Origin: Eledone cirrhosa
Lineage: Eukaryota
DNA length: 64,000 nucleotides
Assembly: GCA_964016885.1 (NCBI GenBank)
Contig: OZ024741.1
Span: 175,770,001-175,834,000 of the forward strand
Direction: 5' to 3'
The notes under the pieces were generated by a model. It was given only the letters and a program-made list of their open reading frames with translations. It searched no databases and was not told the origin of the DNA. Positions 12,937-23,950 of the stretch are shown here, piece after piece (the first letter of the stretch is position 1; the number at the start of each line of letters is the position of its first letter). The translations under genes and the position numbers were made by a program.

Positions 12937-13713
12937 TTAATTAGGTTTATAGTATTTAAATGTTCTTCGTATACGGTGATTAAAAAGTATGATCAGTTCC
13001 TGGCTTTTATTTAATAAATCGTTCTTAGATTTAGTAATTTCCAAGATCTCCCCTGAATATAATCTGCATTCCCCCCTGTTCCCAAGATATGGAGTTCTTT
13101 GTAGAATGGTTTTCCAAGATAACTTGAAATCAATTTTTTTCTTTTTATAATTATTTACCGCTTCAGCTAAAGATATGGTGTTAGCTAGTTTAGTATTGTT
13201 GAAACTACTAGAGTGTGCGTAAAATATTTTCTTAAATGTGTTTGATGTACATCCTATATATGTTTTGTTGGAGTCTGTAGTAGACCCAGTGCATTTATAT
13301 ATTACATTATTAATCAAACAGTTGCCATTTAAGGGACAAATGCTTCTATTTCTGCAATTATAGCCATACGTAAGATGGTTGTTGGAGGTGTCTATACTAT
13401 TCTCATTAATCCTTGAACTATTCCTATTGTAATTAATGATAGCAGGAGAATGAAGGTTGCGTTGTGGGTGGTTTGGTGCTAGGGTTGTATTGTGATTTTG
13501 TGTTCTGTTGTTTTTGTGTTGGTGATTTGGGTGGCTGTGTTTTCTAGGTTGAACGATTGTATTATTTGCCTTTTTAAAAGGTGCAGTCCTATTTAAATTA
13601 TGTTGTGGTGGTGTAGTCATATTATTTTTAAGTTTATAAATGTTGTAGTTGCTTATGTTTTACTGGAGATTGCTTGATGTAGAGTATGAGAATATAACAG
13701 TATATTTGTTAAA
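12937..13713 (-). pseudogene. Penelope-like element remnant (RT-EN linker and GIY-YIG endonuclease)
   Basis: ORF 12937-13620 has YNCRNRSICPLNGNCL, NVIYKC and TYIGCTSNTFKK. Upstream IFNKYTVIFSYSTSSN matches the 52996-54039 ORF. Confidence 0.88.
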
Positions 13714-13752
13714 TATATATATATATGAAAAACCACAAACCTTCCATCTCAA

Positions 13753-13796
13753 TTCTACTTTTGAAAAGCGAAAGAACTGCGAAACCGGTAAAGGAA
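13753..13796 (+). ncRNA. U3-A8 variant minimal hammerhead (inverted copy at 14407-14450)
   Basis: TTC(ta)CTT-TTGAAAA-GCG aaagaac TGC-GAAA-CCGG-TA-AAGGAA. Confidence 0.65.
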
Positions 13797-13979
13797 CAAA
13801 ATAAATATTCTGAAAAAGACTCCAGTTGCATTTTCGATTTCATCTTTTTTCCCTATATATACGTACATTTGAAAGTGGGGATGACATTGCATGCGAGGAT
13901 GACATTACATGCTTCTGTATACGTGTATATATTCAGTAGCTTATATATGTATGTATGTATATATATATATATATATATA

Positions 13980-14167
13980 ACGAAGGAAATGTGGTAAGGA
14001 ACCAGGTGGACCAGAACGCACCAAAGTACTCAATACTTGAGGTAGTAGAGTGGGTAATAGGAACCAGTAAGACCCCGACAGCTGAGCTCAAGCCGTTTCG
14101 ACGGCTAATTCTGGACTGAATTAGCCGTCGAAACGGCTTGAGCTCAGCTGTCGGGGTCTTACTGGTT

Positions 14168-14172
<5 letters not shown>
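13980..14172 (-). mobile_element. ~190 bp hairpin-plus-tail element in (TA)n
   Basis: Perfect 55 bp inverted arms 14057-14111 and 14118-14172 with a 6 nt loop, plus a unique ~77 bp tail; (TA)n on both sides. Confidence 0.85.
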
Positions 14173-14249
<77 letters not shown>

Positions 14250-14577
14250 CATACATATATAAGCTACTGAATATATACACGTATACAGAAGCATGTAATG
14301 TCATCCTCGCATGCAATGTCATCCCCACTTTCAAATGTACGTATATATAGGGAAAAAAGATGAAATCGAAAATGCAACTGGAGTCTTTTTCAGAATATTT
14401 ATTTTGTTCCTTTACCGGTTTCGCAGTTCTTGCGCTTTTCAAAAGTAGAATTGAGATGGAAGGTTTGTGGTTTTTCATATATATATATATTTAACAAATA
14501 TACTGTTATATTCTCATACTCTACATCAAGCAATCTCCAGTAAAACATAAGCAACTACAACATTTATAAACTTAAAA

Positions 14578-14688
<111 letters not shown>

Positions 14689-14730
14689 CTATATTAAACA
14701 AATGGAAACTATATTTATAAAACCATATTT

Positions 14731-14794
14731 ATTTCGTTATATATATTTCTGGAATATCATATTAAAAATATGGTATGCCTTCCTCAGACAAAAT
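14731..14794 (-). ncRNA. Type I hammerhead ribozyme, paralog of 5087-5149
   Basis: Minus strand ATTTTGT-CTGAGGA-aggcataccatatt tt taatatgatattcca-GAAA-TATATA-TA-ACGAAAT. Relative to the paralog, N7 and the stem II loop vary and a stem I G-U becomes G-C. Confidence 0.75.
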
Positions 14795-15167
14795 ACAATA
14801 TATAGGCCGTTTTATAAATAAATTTGACATACCTTAAAATAATGCAACTTGCATTTAAAAAGTTGATTTGGTAGTGAAACTGTTAAGAAAGAAAGACGAA
14901 GAAAACGAAGAGAAAAAAGAAGGAGATGAAGAGATGTATGTAAAGAAAAACAACAGAGCGAGATAGAGAGAGAAGGAGATATGGGAGAGAGAAATATATT
15001 GAGGAAGTGAAAAATGGTAGGCAGCTTGGGGACAGATGATCAGCGTACAAGTGAGAGGTTAAGGAGGGAAGGGATACAGTTAAAACAGCCGACACATAAA
15101 TCCCGTCAAGTGTAGAGGAGAAAAAGAAAGAAAGATGATATATTTAAAATATATTATGTCTCATCCA

Positions 15168-16595
15168 TTTGAATTATCAATTTTTATGAATTAGGTATTA
15201 TAATGTAAATATCAATATTCATGAATGAGACACATATCCATAATGTGTGAAAAAAAAAAAAATTAAAAATAATGACCCCATGTTTAGTTTTAAAATTCTT
15301 AGGTTTATAAGCAAAATCTGAGATAAAACTTCAAAAATACATAAGTATATATGCATGTTCATGAAAAAAGGAAAACAGAGAAAAGAGAAGGTTATCTCAA
15401 ATTCAAGTTGACAATTATAGACACACATGTGAACTTACGTGATATGCTCCGCAAATTCCTATTTTTCATGAAAATCTTCATTGCGTTACAAAAGATTCCA
15501 CCATACATATATGTACATACATATATATATAGACATAAAATATACATTAATATTAATAGTAATATTCTTGCCCTCACTTACATGATTATCGTTCAAGCAT
15601 AGAATAGACAACAGATATCAATATATTAAAAATTAAAAACGCCAAGAATATCTTCGTCACTCCTCAGAGTATCTAGGGACGTAAGAGAACATAGTATGCC
15701 ACGCATATCAATCACATAAAACCACCCTTCCAATTCATTTGACAATATGTTGTCAAGTTCATTAGAAGCAATCAGAATCAAAAGCAAACAAAAACCTTTC
15801 TGCATGAATATATAATTAATGAGATTAATTAAACTACCCTATAATGGCGATGTTCCCAATCTATTGAATACATTTTTAAGCTAGATAAACTTCTATAATA
15901 AATATAAGAGCATTTGTAGAATAAGTTTTTGAATGATTTCTGCTAAATAAGTTTTGTTGAACAATTTTGGTTTTTGTTTGCTTTTGATTCTGATTGCTTC
16001 TAATGAACTTGACAACATATTGTCAAATAAATTGGAAGGGTGGTTTTATGTGATTGATATGCGTGGCATACTATGTTCTCTTACGTCCCTAGATACTCTG
16101 AGGAGTGACGAAGATATTCTTGGCGTTTTTAATTTTTAATATATTGATATCTGTTGTCTATTCTATGCTTGAACGATAATCATGTAAGTGAGGGCAAGAA
16201 TATTACTATTAATATTAATGTATATTTTATGTCTATATATATATGTATGTACATATATGTATGGTGGAATCTTTTGTAACGCAATGAAGATTTTCATGAA
16301 AAATAGGAATTTGCAGAGCATATCACGTAAGTTCACATGTGTATCTATAATTGTCAACTTGAATTTGAGATAACCTTCTCTTTTCTCTTTTTCCTTTTTT
16401 CATGAAAATGCATATATACTTATGTATTTTTGAAGTTTTATCTCAGATTTTCCTTATAAACCTAAACATTTTAAAACTAAACATGGGGTCATTATTTGTA
16501 TTTTATTTTTTTTTCACACATTATGGATATGTGTCTCATTCATGAATATTGATATTTACATTATAATACCTAATTAATAAAAATTGATAATTCAA

Positions 16596-16596
<1 letters not shown>
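15168..16596. repeat. Long inverted repeat, arms ~630 bp (15168-15796 and 15969-16596)
   Basis: Reverse-complement match with scattered substitutions; mirrored ORFs in the track; the right arm ends at (TA)n. Confidence 0.95.
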
Positions 16597-16655
<59 letters not shown>

Positions 16656-18802
16656 GATTGAAAAAAGGAATGTATATATACACATACATATATATATATA
16701 TAAGATATTGAATATATACACGTATATAGAAGCATGTGTATGTGCACATATGTAATTCAAAACGCATACCCACGCATGCAATATCCCAACTTTCAAACGT
16801 ATACAGAGAGACATAATATATTTCTCTAGAACATACAAACCTATATACATACATCTCTATTTACAGAGAGCCCGATCGGTGGCAGATAGGTCGGTAGGCA
16901 GGCATGCTTGTAGTTTGGAACGTAGATACATTGATAAATAAATTGATAGCTGCATGCATGAACGAATGGATGGATAGGTAATTAGATAGAGAGACATACA
17001 TACATATAGATAAACCGAAAGTTAGATAGACTGGTTGGTGTACAGGCAAGTAATTAGACAATTAGCTGTATATATGAATGAATACATGGTTATATACATA
17101 CACAGTTATACAGAGACATTCACATAGCCATTCAGACAAACAGACGGTTAGATAGGAAAGTAGGCATGTAGTTAATTAGATATATGTCATTAGTTTCTAT
17201 TTAGATTGTAGTATGGATATGATATAATGTAAAAGGGTTAGATTTAGATGCTTAATGAATTGTGTTAAACGTTGTGTCTTTGTAGCTGAGTAATTGTATT
17301 TCATAAGATGGGTCTTCTTTTGTTTAGGTTGTATTTGTTTCGTGGCTTGGCGTGGCTTTAAGTGAAGGAATTTTATATATATAGTTCGATAGCCAGCTGT
17401 GTGAATGAATGGATCAATATAGAGATAGAAAGATGCACATACAGACGAAGAAAAAGAAAAAGTAACATACTAATGGAGATAGGTAGGTTTTGAAACATGT
17501 AAGTAAGCAGATAGATAGCTATGTAGATTTTGTTTTTGATTGCTATGAATATTGGTATAAAGCCAGTCAAGTGATGATAATTGAATATGTAAAACCAACA
17601 CAAAAAGCAAATAGTTTACCACAGAACACTAGAAGATTTTATGATTGGCAATCAAAATACCATGTTTTTAGTAGAGTTATCTAGTAGAACATTGCTGTTT
17701 CAAGAAAATAAGAAAATAATTAAGTAATAGACACAAACATTTCAATATAAAATAGCATTAAAAAACAATTATATCAAATGACACCAGGGTTTTGACAAGA
17801 AATAGGCTTTTATAAACTGTGAAATATTTAAAAAGTAAATGGAAGTTAATCAGAATATCATACACACACACATATATATATATAAATAAACAGATAAATG
17901 TATATATGTATATATTTATTGTTACATTTGGGTCATGCTGCCAATTAAAACACACGTACCTGTTTGGTTTTCACTTCAATTTATTATAAACTTCCAGTTG
18001 GTTAGTTTACTAACAGGATAGTTGTTTAGTTATTTATTGGCGAAGCTCTTTCGTCACACATTTTGTGACCTCCTTAGTGACTAATTTGTTATTTTGTGTC
18101 TTTCCTATACATACGTGTGATATTGACGAACGTGAGAATGAGAATTCAACACCGAAGTAATTTAATAGCATGCTTTATTATGATTAAGTGAAGAGTTTTG
18201 TATCATCCCCAAAGAGTGAAGTTACTGACAGAGCGACTGTATAAGTAGGGAACTACGAAGGGAGGGGAATAGTGGGGCGTGACATATTTTGGAATGGATT
18301 AGGATTTTAGGGGAGATGTGGACAGTAACGGAGAGATTATGAGGGAACAAAAACTAAAAGTTAAAAAGAATGGACAAAAAGGAAAATGGAAAAATGAAGA
18401 AAGTAGGGAAGAAAGAAAGAAAAAGAAATAAAGAGAGTAAGGAAAAATATAGAGGAAGTGGAAAAAGAAGGTTGACAAAATGAGAAGGTGGAGAGAAAGA
18501 AGTGGGGTAAATGGAGTGAAAGAAACTAGAATTGAGGGAATGCTGGTCAATGGTAGATAAGCACCACCAGGGATATTGTGTAAAATCAATTTTAAAAAAT
18601 GAATAAATTTGAACAGTAACAATGTAGAGTTTGTAGTCAGCTAACTACACGTCTAGTAAATCAATGGTGCTTATGTAGATAAATAACAATAGATAGTTAT
18701 GGAGTATGAGATGGTGATGATGATGAAAAATAGATGATGATGTAAAATTAACAAACTAAATTAAATTGGTATGTGAATGGGTGTCAGTTATTAGAAAATA
18801 CA

Positions 18803-19990
18803 TATGCGAAGGTGGTTCGGAAAGTTTATATTATAGGATGATTATGAATGAGTGATGCTAGAGCTGTGAAATCTTGCAGTCTTTAATTTCAACTCATCGC
18901 ATTAATAACTGTATTATTTCCTTCCAGGTAAACCGATATCTGACTGTTCATATAAGTCTTCAAATTTAACTATTTGCGGCTTCTTTTGAAAATGAACAAC
19001 ATTTGGCATCGTGGTGTTATCAAGTACCTGCAGAAAAGCATCTAGTACACAAGGACATGATTACTACATTAGGAGATGATGCTCTCCAGCTTTACCAACA
19101 GTGCAAAATTGGGCAGCTGAATTTAGGATGGGAAGAGAGAGTCTTGAGCCATGGTCTGGAGATTCCGCAACTGCCGCCATCGAGGAAAACATTGATCATG
19201 TTCACCTTATGGTGATGAATGGCTATAAATCAAATAGCTAATGTTATTAGCATATTTCGTGAGAGGGTGAGAATATTCTTCATGATGAACCTGAGATAGA
19301 AAGTTTCTGCTCGATGCGTGCCACATCTTCTGACAACTGATCAAAAACGCACCAGGCTGATCACATGATAGAGAAATCTGACATTGTTTGAGGCAGATCA
19401 AGCTGGCCTCCTTGAATCTTTTCTAACCTAGTATGTGTGATAGGTTCATCACTTTGAGCCAGAGTCAAAGAGTCAATCCATGCAGTGGATATACCCCTTC
19501 ACACTGTCTCCAAATTAGGCCAAGGTGGATTCATTTGCAAGGAAGGTGATGGATTAAATATTTTGGGGATGCAAAAGGCCTTTTTTGCATTAACTATCTT
19601 GAAACGAGTAACGCACTCAATAGAGAGTACTATGCCAATTTGCTGGGGGCAATTACGAAAGGCTATCAAAGCCAAATGCCCTGGAAAACTGACGAAAGTG
19701 GTCTTGTTTCATCAGGACAAGGACCAGCCCACAAGTCCTTGGTGTCAATGGCTGCCCTGCATGACTTTGGCTTTGAACTGGTTCATTCCCCTCCCTATTC
19801 TTCTGATTTGGCCCTATCTGACTATCATCTGTTCCCCAACATAAACAAATAAAAACACTTGGCAGGGAATCAGTATCGCAGTGATGAAGACATCATATCT
19901 GCTATTGATGACGTTTTTTTTACCAACAAATGAAAGCATTTTCACCAAGCACTGCAACATCAATGGAAGAATTGTGTGGAAATGTAGAAT
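18803..19990 (+). mobile_element. Decayed Tc1/mariner (mariner, DD34D) transposon
   Basis: RCVPHLLT (WVPH motif, ~19313), VLFHQD, and HSPPYSSDLALSDYHLFP (YSPDLAP motif) in shifting frames. TIR-like TATGCGAAGGTGGTTCGGAAAGTT at the left end. Confidence 0.9.
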
Positions 19991-20486
19991 CCCAAATTTG
20001 AAAATACATGGAAAAACAGCCTATCATAAAGGAAGATCTGCGGGACTGCGTACGGTTTATCCCGTTTGTAAAATAAGTTGGATTACTTTGAATAAATAAT
20101 GAATGAATATTACATAATTGATCTACTCAATTTCGTAAACAAAAATAATTTCGTAAAAATAAATAATTTAAAATTGACTTCTTTTCAAAGTTGCACTTCG
20201 GGTATATCGTCGCCACTTCAACTACCATATATATAGAAAGAGAGAGTGTGTGATGTCAACACTTCCGGTGGCGACCGCTTAAATAAACATACTAATATTC
20301 TCCCAATGCAGTTTATATAAAACATCGACTTTTTATGTATCATGGATTACGTTACTGATTACATAAGAGAGTGTAACGCAGTCTTCGTTCAATTTCTGTG
20401 TATATTGTCAATTACGATTTTATTTGATGTATCATATCTACATGTATATATACCTGCGTATAATATCAATATACACACTACACATA

Positions 20487-20879
20487 CTAGCAAAAAACCA
20501 CCCGAAGGGTTTTTTTCTGCTAGTTATTATAATAGCTTAGAAAATAGGGTAAACTATCTTTAGAGATACAGATATCGATTTTCCATAGCAGCAGCTGGAC
20601 ACTGTTTCCCGTCTTTTGTCATATGGCTTTACATAAGTTTTTGATTAACACCAAAATTTAACGCACTAAAAATATATTTCTTCTGTGCTACGTATACTGG
20701 TCAAAATTTTAGATCGAAGTAGCATTTATTTTCTTTAATATATTTCTACAAATTGAAGAGGAGTTCAAAGGAATTATATGATAGAGAGCTATACTGAGGT
20801 AGATGTAGTTAATGGTTTTCAAATAAATTAATTGTAAAAGTTATTTACACGTCTGTATATGGGTTTTATATACGGACGG

Positions 20880-20912
<33 letters not shown>

Positions 20913-20925
20913 CACATAGATATAG
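20487..20925 (-). mobile_element. Possible non-autonomous Helitron (3' end clear, 5' end uncertain)
   Basis: Minus strand hairpin ACCC TTCG GGT followed by ...GCTAG|T at 20487. Confidence 0.35.
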
Positions 20926-21171
20926 ATATATTTGTTTTGTAAGGTTTTTTTTATATGAAATCGTGTGTTGAAACAAATATTGTTATACTTGGGGAGGTCC
21001 ATATTGTTGCAATATTGCCAGAAATAATAACAGAACACACTGTTTGGTTGTTTTTCGCTTCTGTATCTGATTTTGTCTACAGTTGTTTATTGCCAGGTCA
21101 AAGGCCACTGCTCTTTTCAACAACGCCAAACAACAACTCTCCACACACACACGCACACACACACACACACA

Positions 21172-21315
<144 letters not shown>

Positions 21316-21403
21316 AATGAAGAGAGAAAGAGGGAGGGACAGAGAGAGTAAGAAATGTGTGTGTGTTTCGTACACATATATCTACCTATCTATCTATCTC
21401 CAA

Positions 21404-21577
21404 CAGGGGGCTCACACATGCGGCCCGCGAACTACTTATCTGTGGCCCATGGTAGAACCAATATTTCACATCGCATTATAACTGGTGAAAATGTTCACCC
21501 ACCACCACGTTTGGCCCCCTGTGCCTCTCCTCCAGGACGTAATAGCCCTTTTGTGTCCTTGAGTTTGAGAGCCCCCT
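21404..21577. mobile_element. Probable hAT-type MITE
   Basis: Imperfect TIRs AGGGGGCTCACAC / GTTTGAGAGCCCCCT and subterminal GCGGCCC/GTGGCCC motifs; no clear TSD. Confidence 0.5.
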
Positions 21578-21579
21578 TC

Positions 21580-21612
<33 letters not shown>

Positions 21613-22151
21613 ACTCACATACATATTTTACTTTTTTTTCTGTGTCTGGACTACGCCATGCTGGAGCATCACCTTGGTATGTTATGGGGACGTTAACAAA
21701 CCAACAAGCATTGGTGGGAGGGCAAACACAAACGCGCCCGTACATACACACGCACACATGGTACTATTTATTGCTTTTCTTCCCCTCTTATTTCCACATA
21801 CATCACACACACACATGTCTCTACACTGACACATATACATAGTGTATCCAACACACCGTTCACTTTGCTTCTCTGTTTCTTACTCTCCTCTCTCACTCCC
21901 TCATTGGCATTATGCATATTAATTTAAGTTTGGCATCGTTGAAGTGGGCGAGTCGTTTGAAACCTATGAACCAATGATAATCGAGAATTATGACACACGG
22001 AATACTGACAATGTTGAAATTAATATATAGATATATATGTATAGTAATGAATTAGAAAGTAGTAGGTTAGAATTTAACTACATTCTATTCATTACGTAAT
22101 CAGCCATACTAAGAGTGAGAAATGAAATTTCATTTTTTCCATATATATATA

Positions 22152-23068
22152 CTAGCAGTAAAGCCCAGCGTTGCTCGGCGCTGCTCAGTAGCTGTGTTAA
22201 AGTTACAATGTTAAGTTCCTTTCGTGGCTTAAAACTTTAGAGTCTACAGTGTAGACTTTCATGTGGTACTTTTGATTAATATTCCCCCAACCAACAGTAT
22301 GCCTTATGAAGTTAATAAAACATAACCTTAACCCGAATGTTAAAACAAAAGAGGATGTTGTGGATAAAAACTGCACTGGTAATCTATTAACAAAAATCGA
22401 AAACGTAAACGCTGCAACATTTGTCACAGAGAAAAACATCAGCGTAACCAAACTATCAGTTATTTTGAAACAAAGAAATTGGATGGACATGAACCCCCCC
22501 CCCAAAGATGCGTTATCTGTCTGTCGTTTAAAATCATTGCTTCTAAATGAAAATCTCATAAGGCTTTATTCGAGATCAATCCCTTTTTTTACAAAATATT
22601 TTCTTGTTTTACGGTGTATTCAAATAGGCTTGTTTTCAAGTAAAAATATTGTTTTAAAAGATTTTTAATGGAAATGAAGGAAAATGGAAGCTTAATGTTG
22701 AAATTTCGAACTCATGAATTTTGCAGGTTAAAATTTTGCTGGTCCGAAAACTGTTCGCGTATTTTAGTACTTTTGCACGCGTCGTTTATTCGTAACGTAA
22801 ATAGAATGACGCCATAAAAGGGAAATAACTTATCTCTCATCTCTATTTATACATTTGAACTGAAAAATCAATACATTACAAATTCGATTTTTACACTTGG
22901 CGTTGGTCGATTTGAAATTTTTTTGACCGATGACTCCGCCGGACCTTCATCTTTAAGTGTAGCAATTTCACCGAAATTTGAACGTACGGTTCAGGAGGAG
23001 ATGTGTGCCGACCGTTTTAGTAGACAGACAGACAAACAGACAGACAACCTCAGTTTTATATATATAGA
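22152..23068 (-). mobile_element. Complete non-autonomous Helitron (917 bp)
   Basis: On the minus strand it begins A|TCTATATATATAAAAC with (GTCT)n and ends with hairpin CCGAGCAACGCTGGG, then TTTACTGCTAG|T. AT target, no TSD. Confidence 0.85.
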
Positions 23069-23609
23069 TATATATGCTTACTAACTTGCTGCCAGCAAAT
23101 GACTACGCTTACCATCTGAGAAATATGAGCTGATGAACTGTATTTGCCATTAATCAAGAAGAAAATATTGAGAGTGACAGAAAAAAGATTGAGTAAATGT
23201 TTGCATCCTGTTAGCAGCTGGATGGTCCTTTCTATCTTCTTCGCCTTCTTCTGATTACTTTGCTTTCTTTCCGGGACGTTTGAAGTGCTACACTTCTCCC
23301 GAAATAGAAACAACTATAAAATATATTGGAAGTCCACACATTAATATTGTTGCAAGATGATGCTTTTTTTTCTGAATGTTTGTAATGTGTTATTTTAGAC
23401 ATATGTAGAACATGTTTGAATATCAGAATGAATTACAAACTGTATATTTAAGGAATTAGAATGTATATATTCTTGATCTTACTCCGTGGTACTAGAATGA
23501 CGAGGCGATCAGGGTTTCCAAATCTTGTAGTATCAACATGAAGCTAAATGTAAAAAAAAAATTACAACATTTTACTTTAGCGTTCATTTTGTAGTGTTTC
23601 TATCACAAC

Positions 23610-23624
23610 ATCTATCTATCTATC

Positions 23625-23719
<95 letters not shown>
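23610..23719 (+). repeat. (TCTA)n microsatellite, left remnant of the Tx1 target array
   Basis: Directly visible. Further remnants at 29518-29552, 35253-35264, 35334-35383, 41107-41153, 41473-41506 and 42019-42040. Confidence 0.98.
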
Positions 23720-23950
23720 TAATCTAGCTGTCGTCTGTTCTACAGTGTGGATGTCATTCACTTCGCACAGAAGTTTTGTTCAAATTTATTGAGGAAATTT
23801 TGTGAGTTCAAACTTAATTTTGATACAATTGTGTAGCTTGACCCTCCGTCTGAACTGTCAGGCGGTGGGTCAGCTCATCTTTACCCCTCCTAGAGGTGAA
23901 AAACCTGTTTTAAAAAATTTTGTGTAAAAAATTTCAATCGTCTAACAGAA

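Noticed and set aside
16090-16125. CTGAGGA-gtgac-GAAG hammerhead-like word
   Set aside because: GAAG instead of GAAA, and no stem I or stem III pairing.
22306-22668. 120 aa ORF inside the Helitron
   Set aside because: No Rep or helicase motifs and no recognisable domain; probably a chance ORF.
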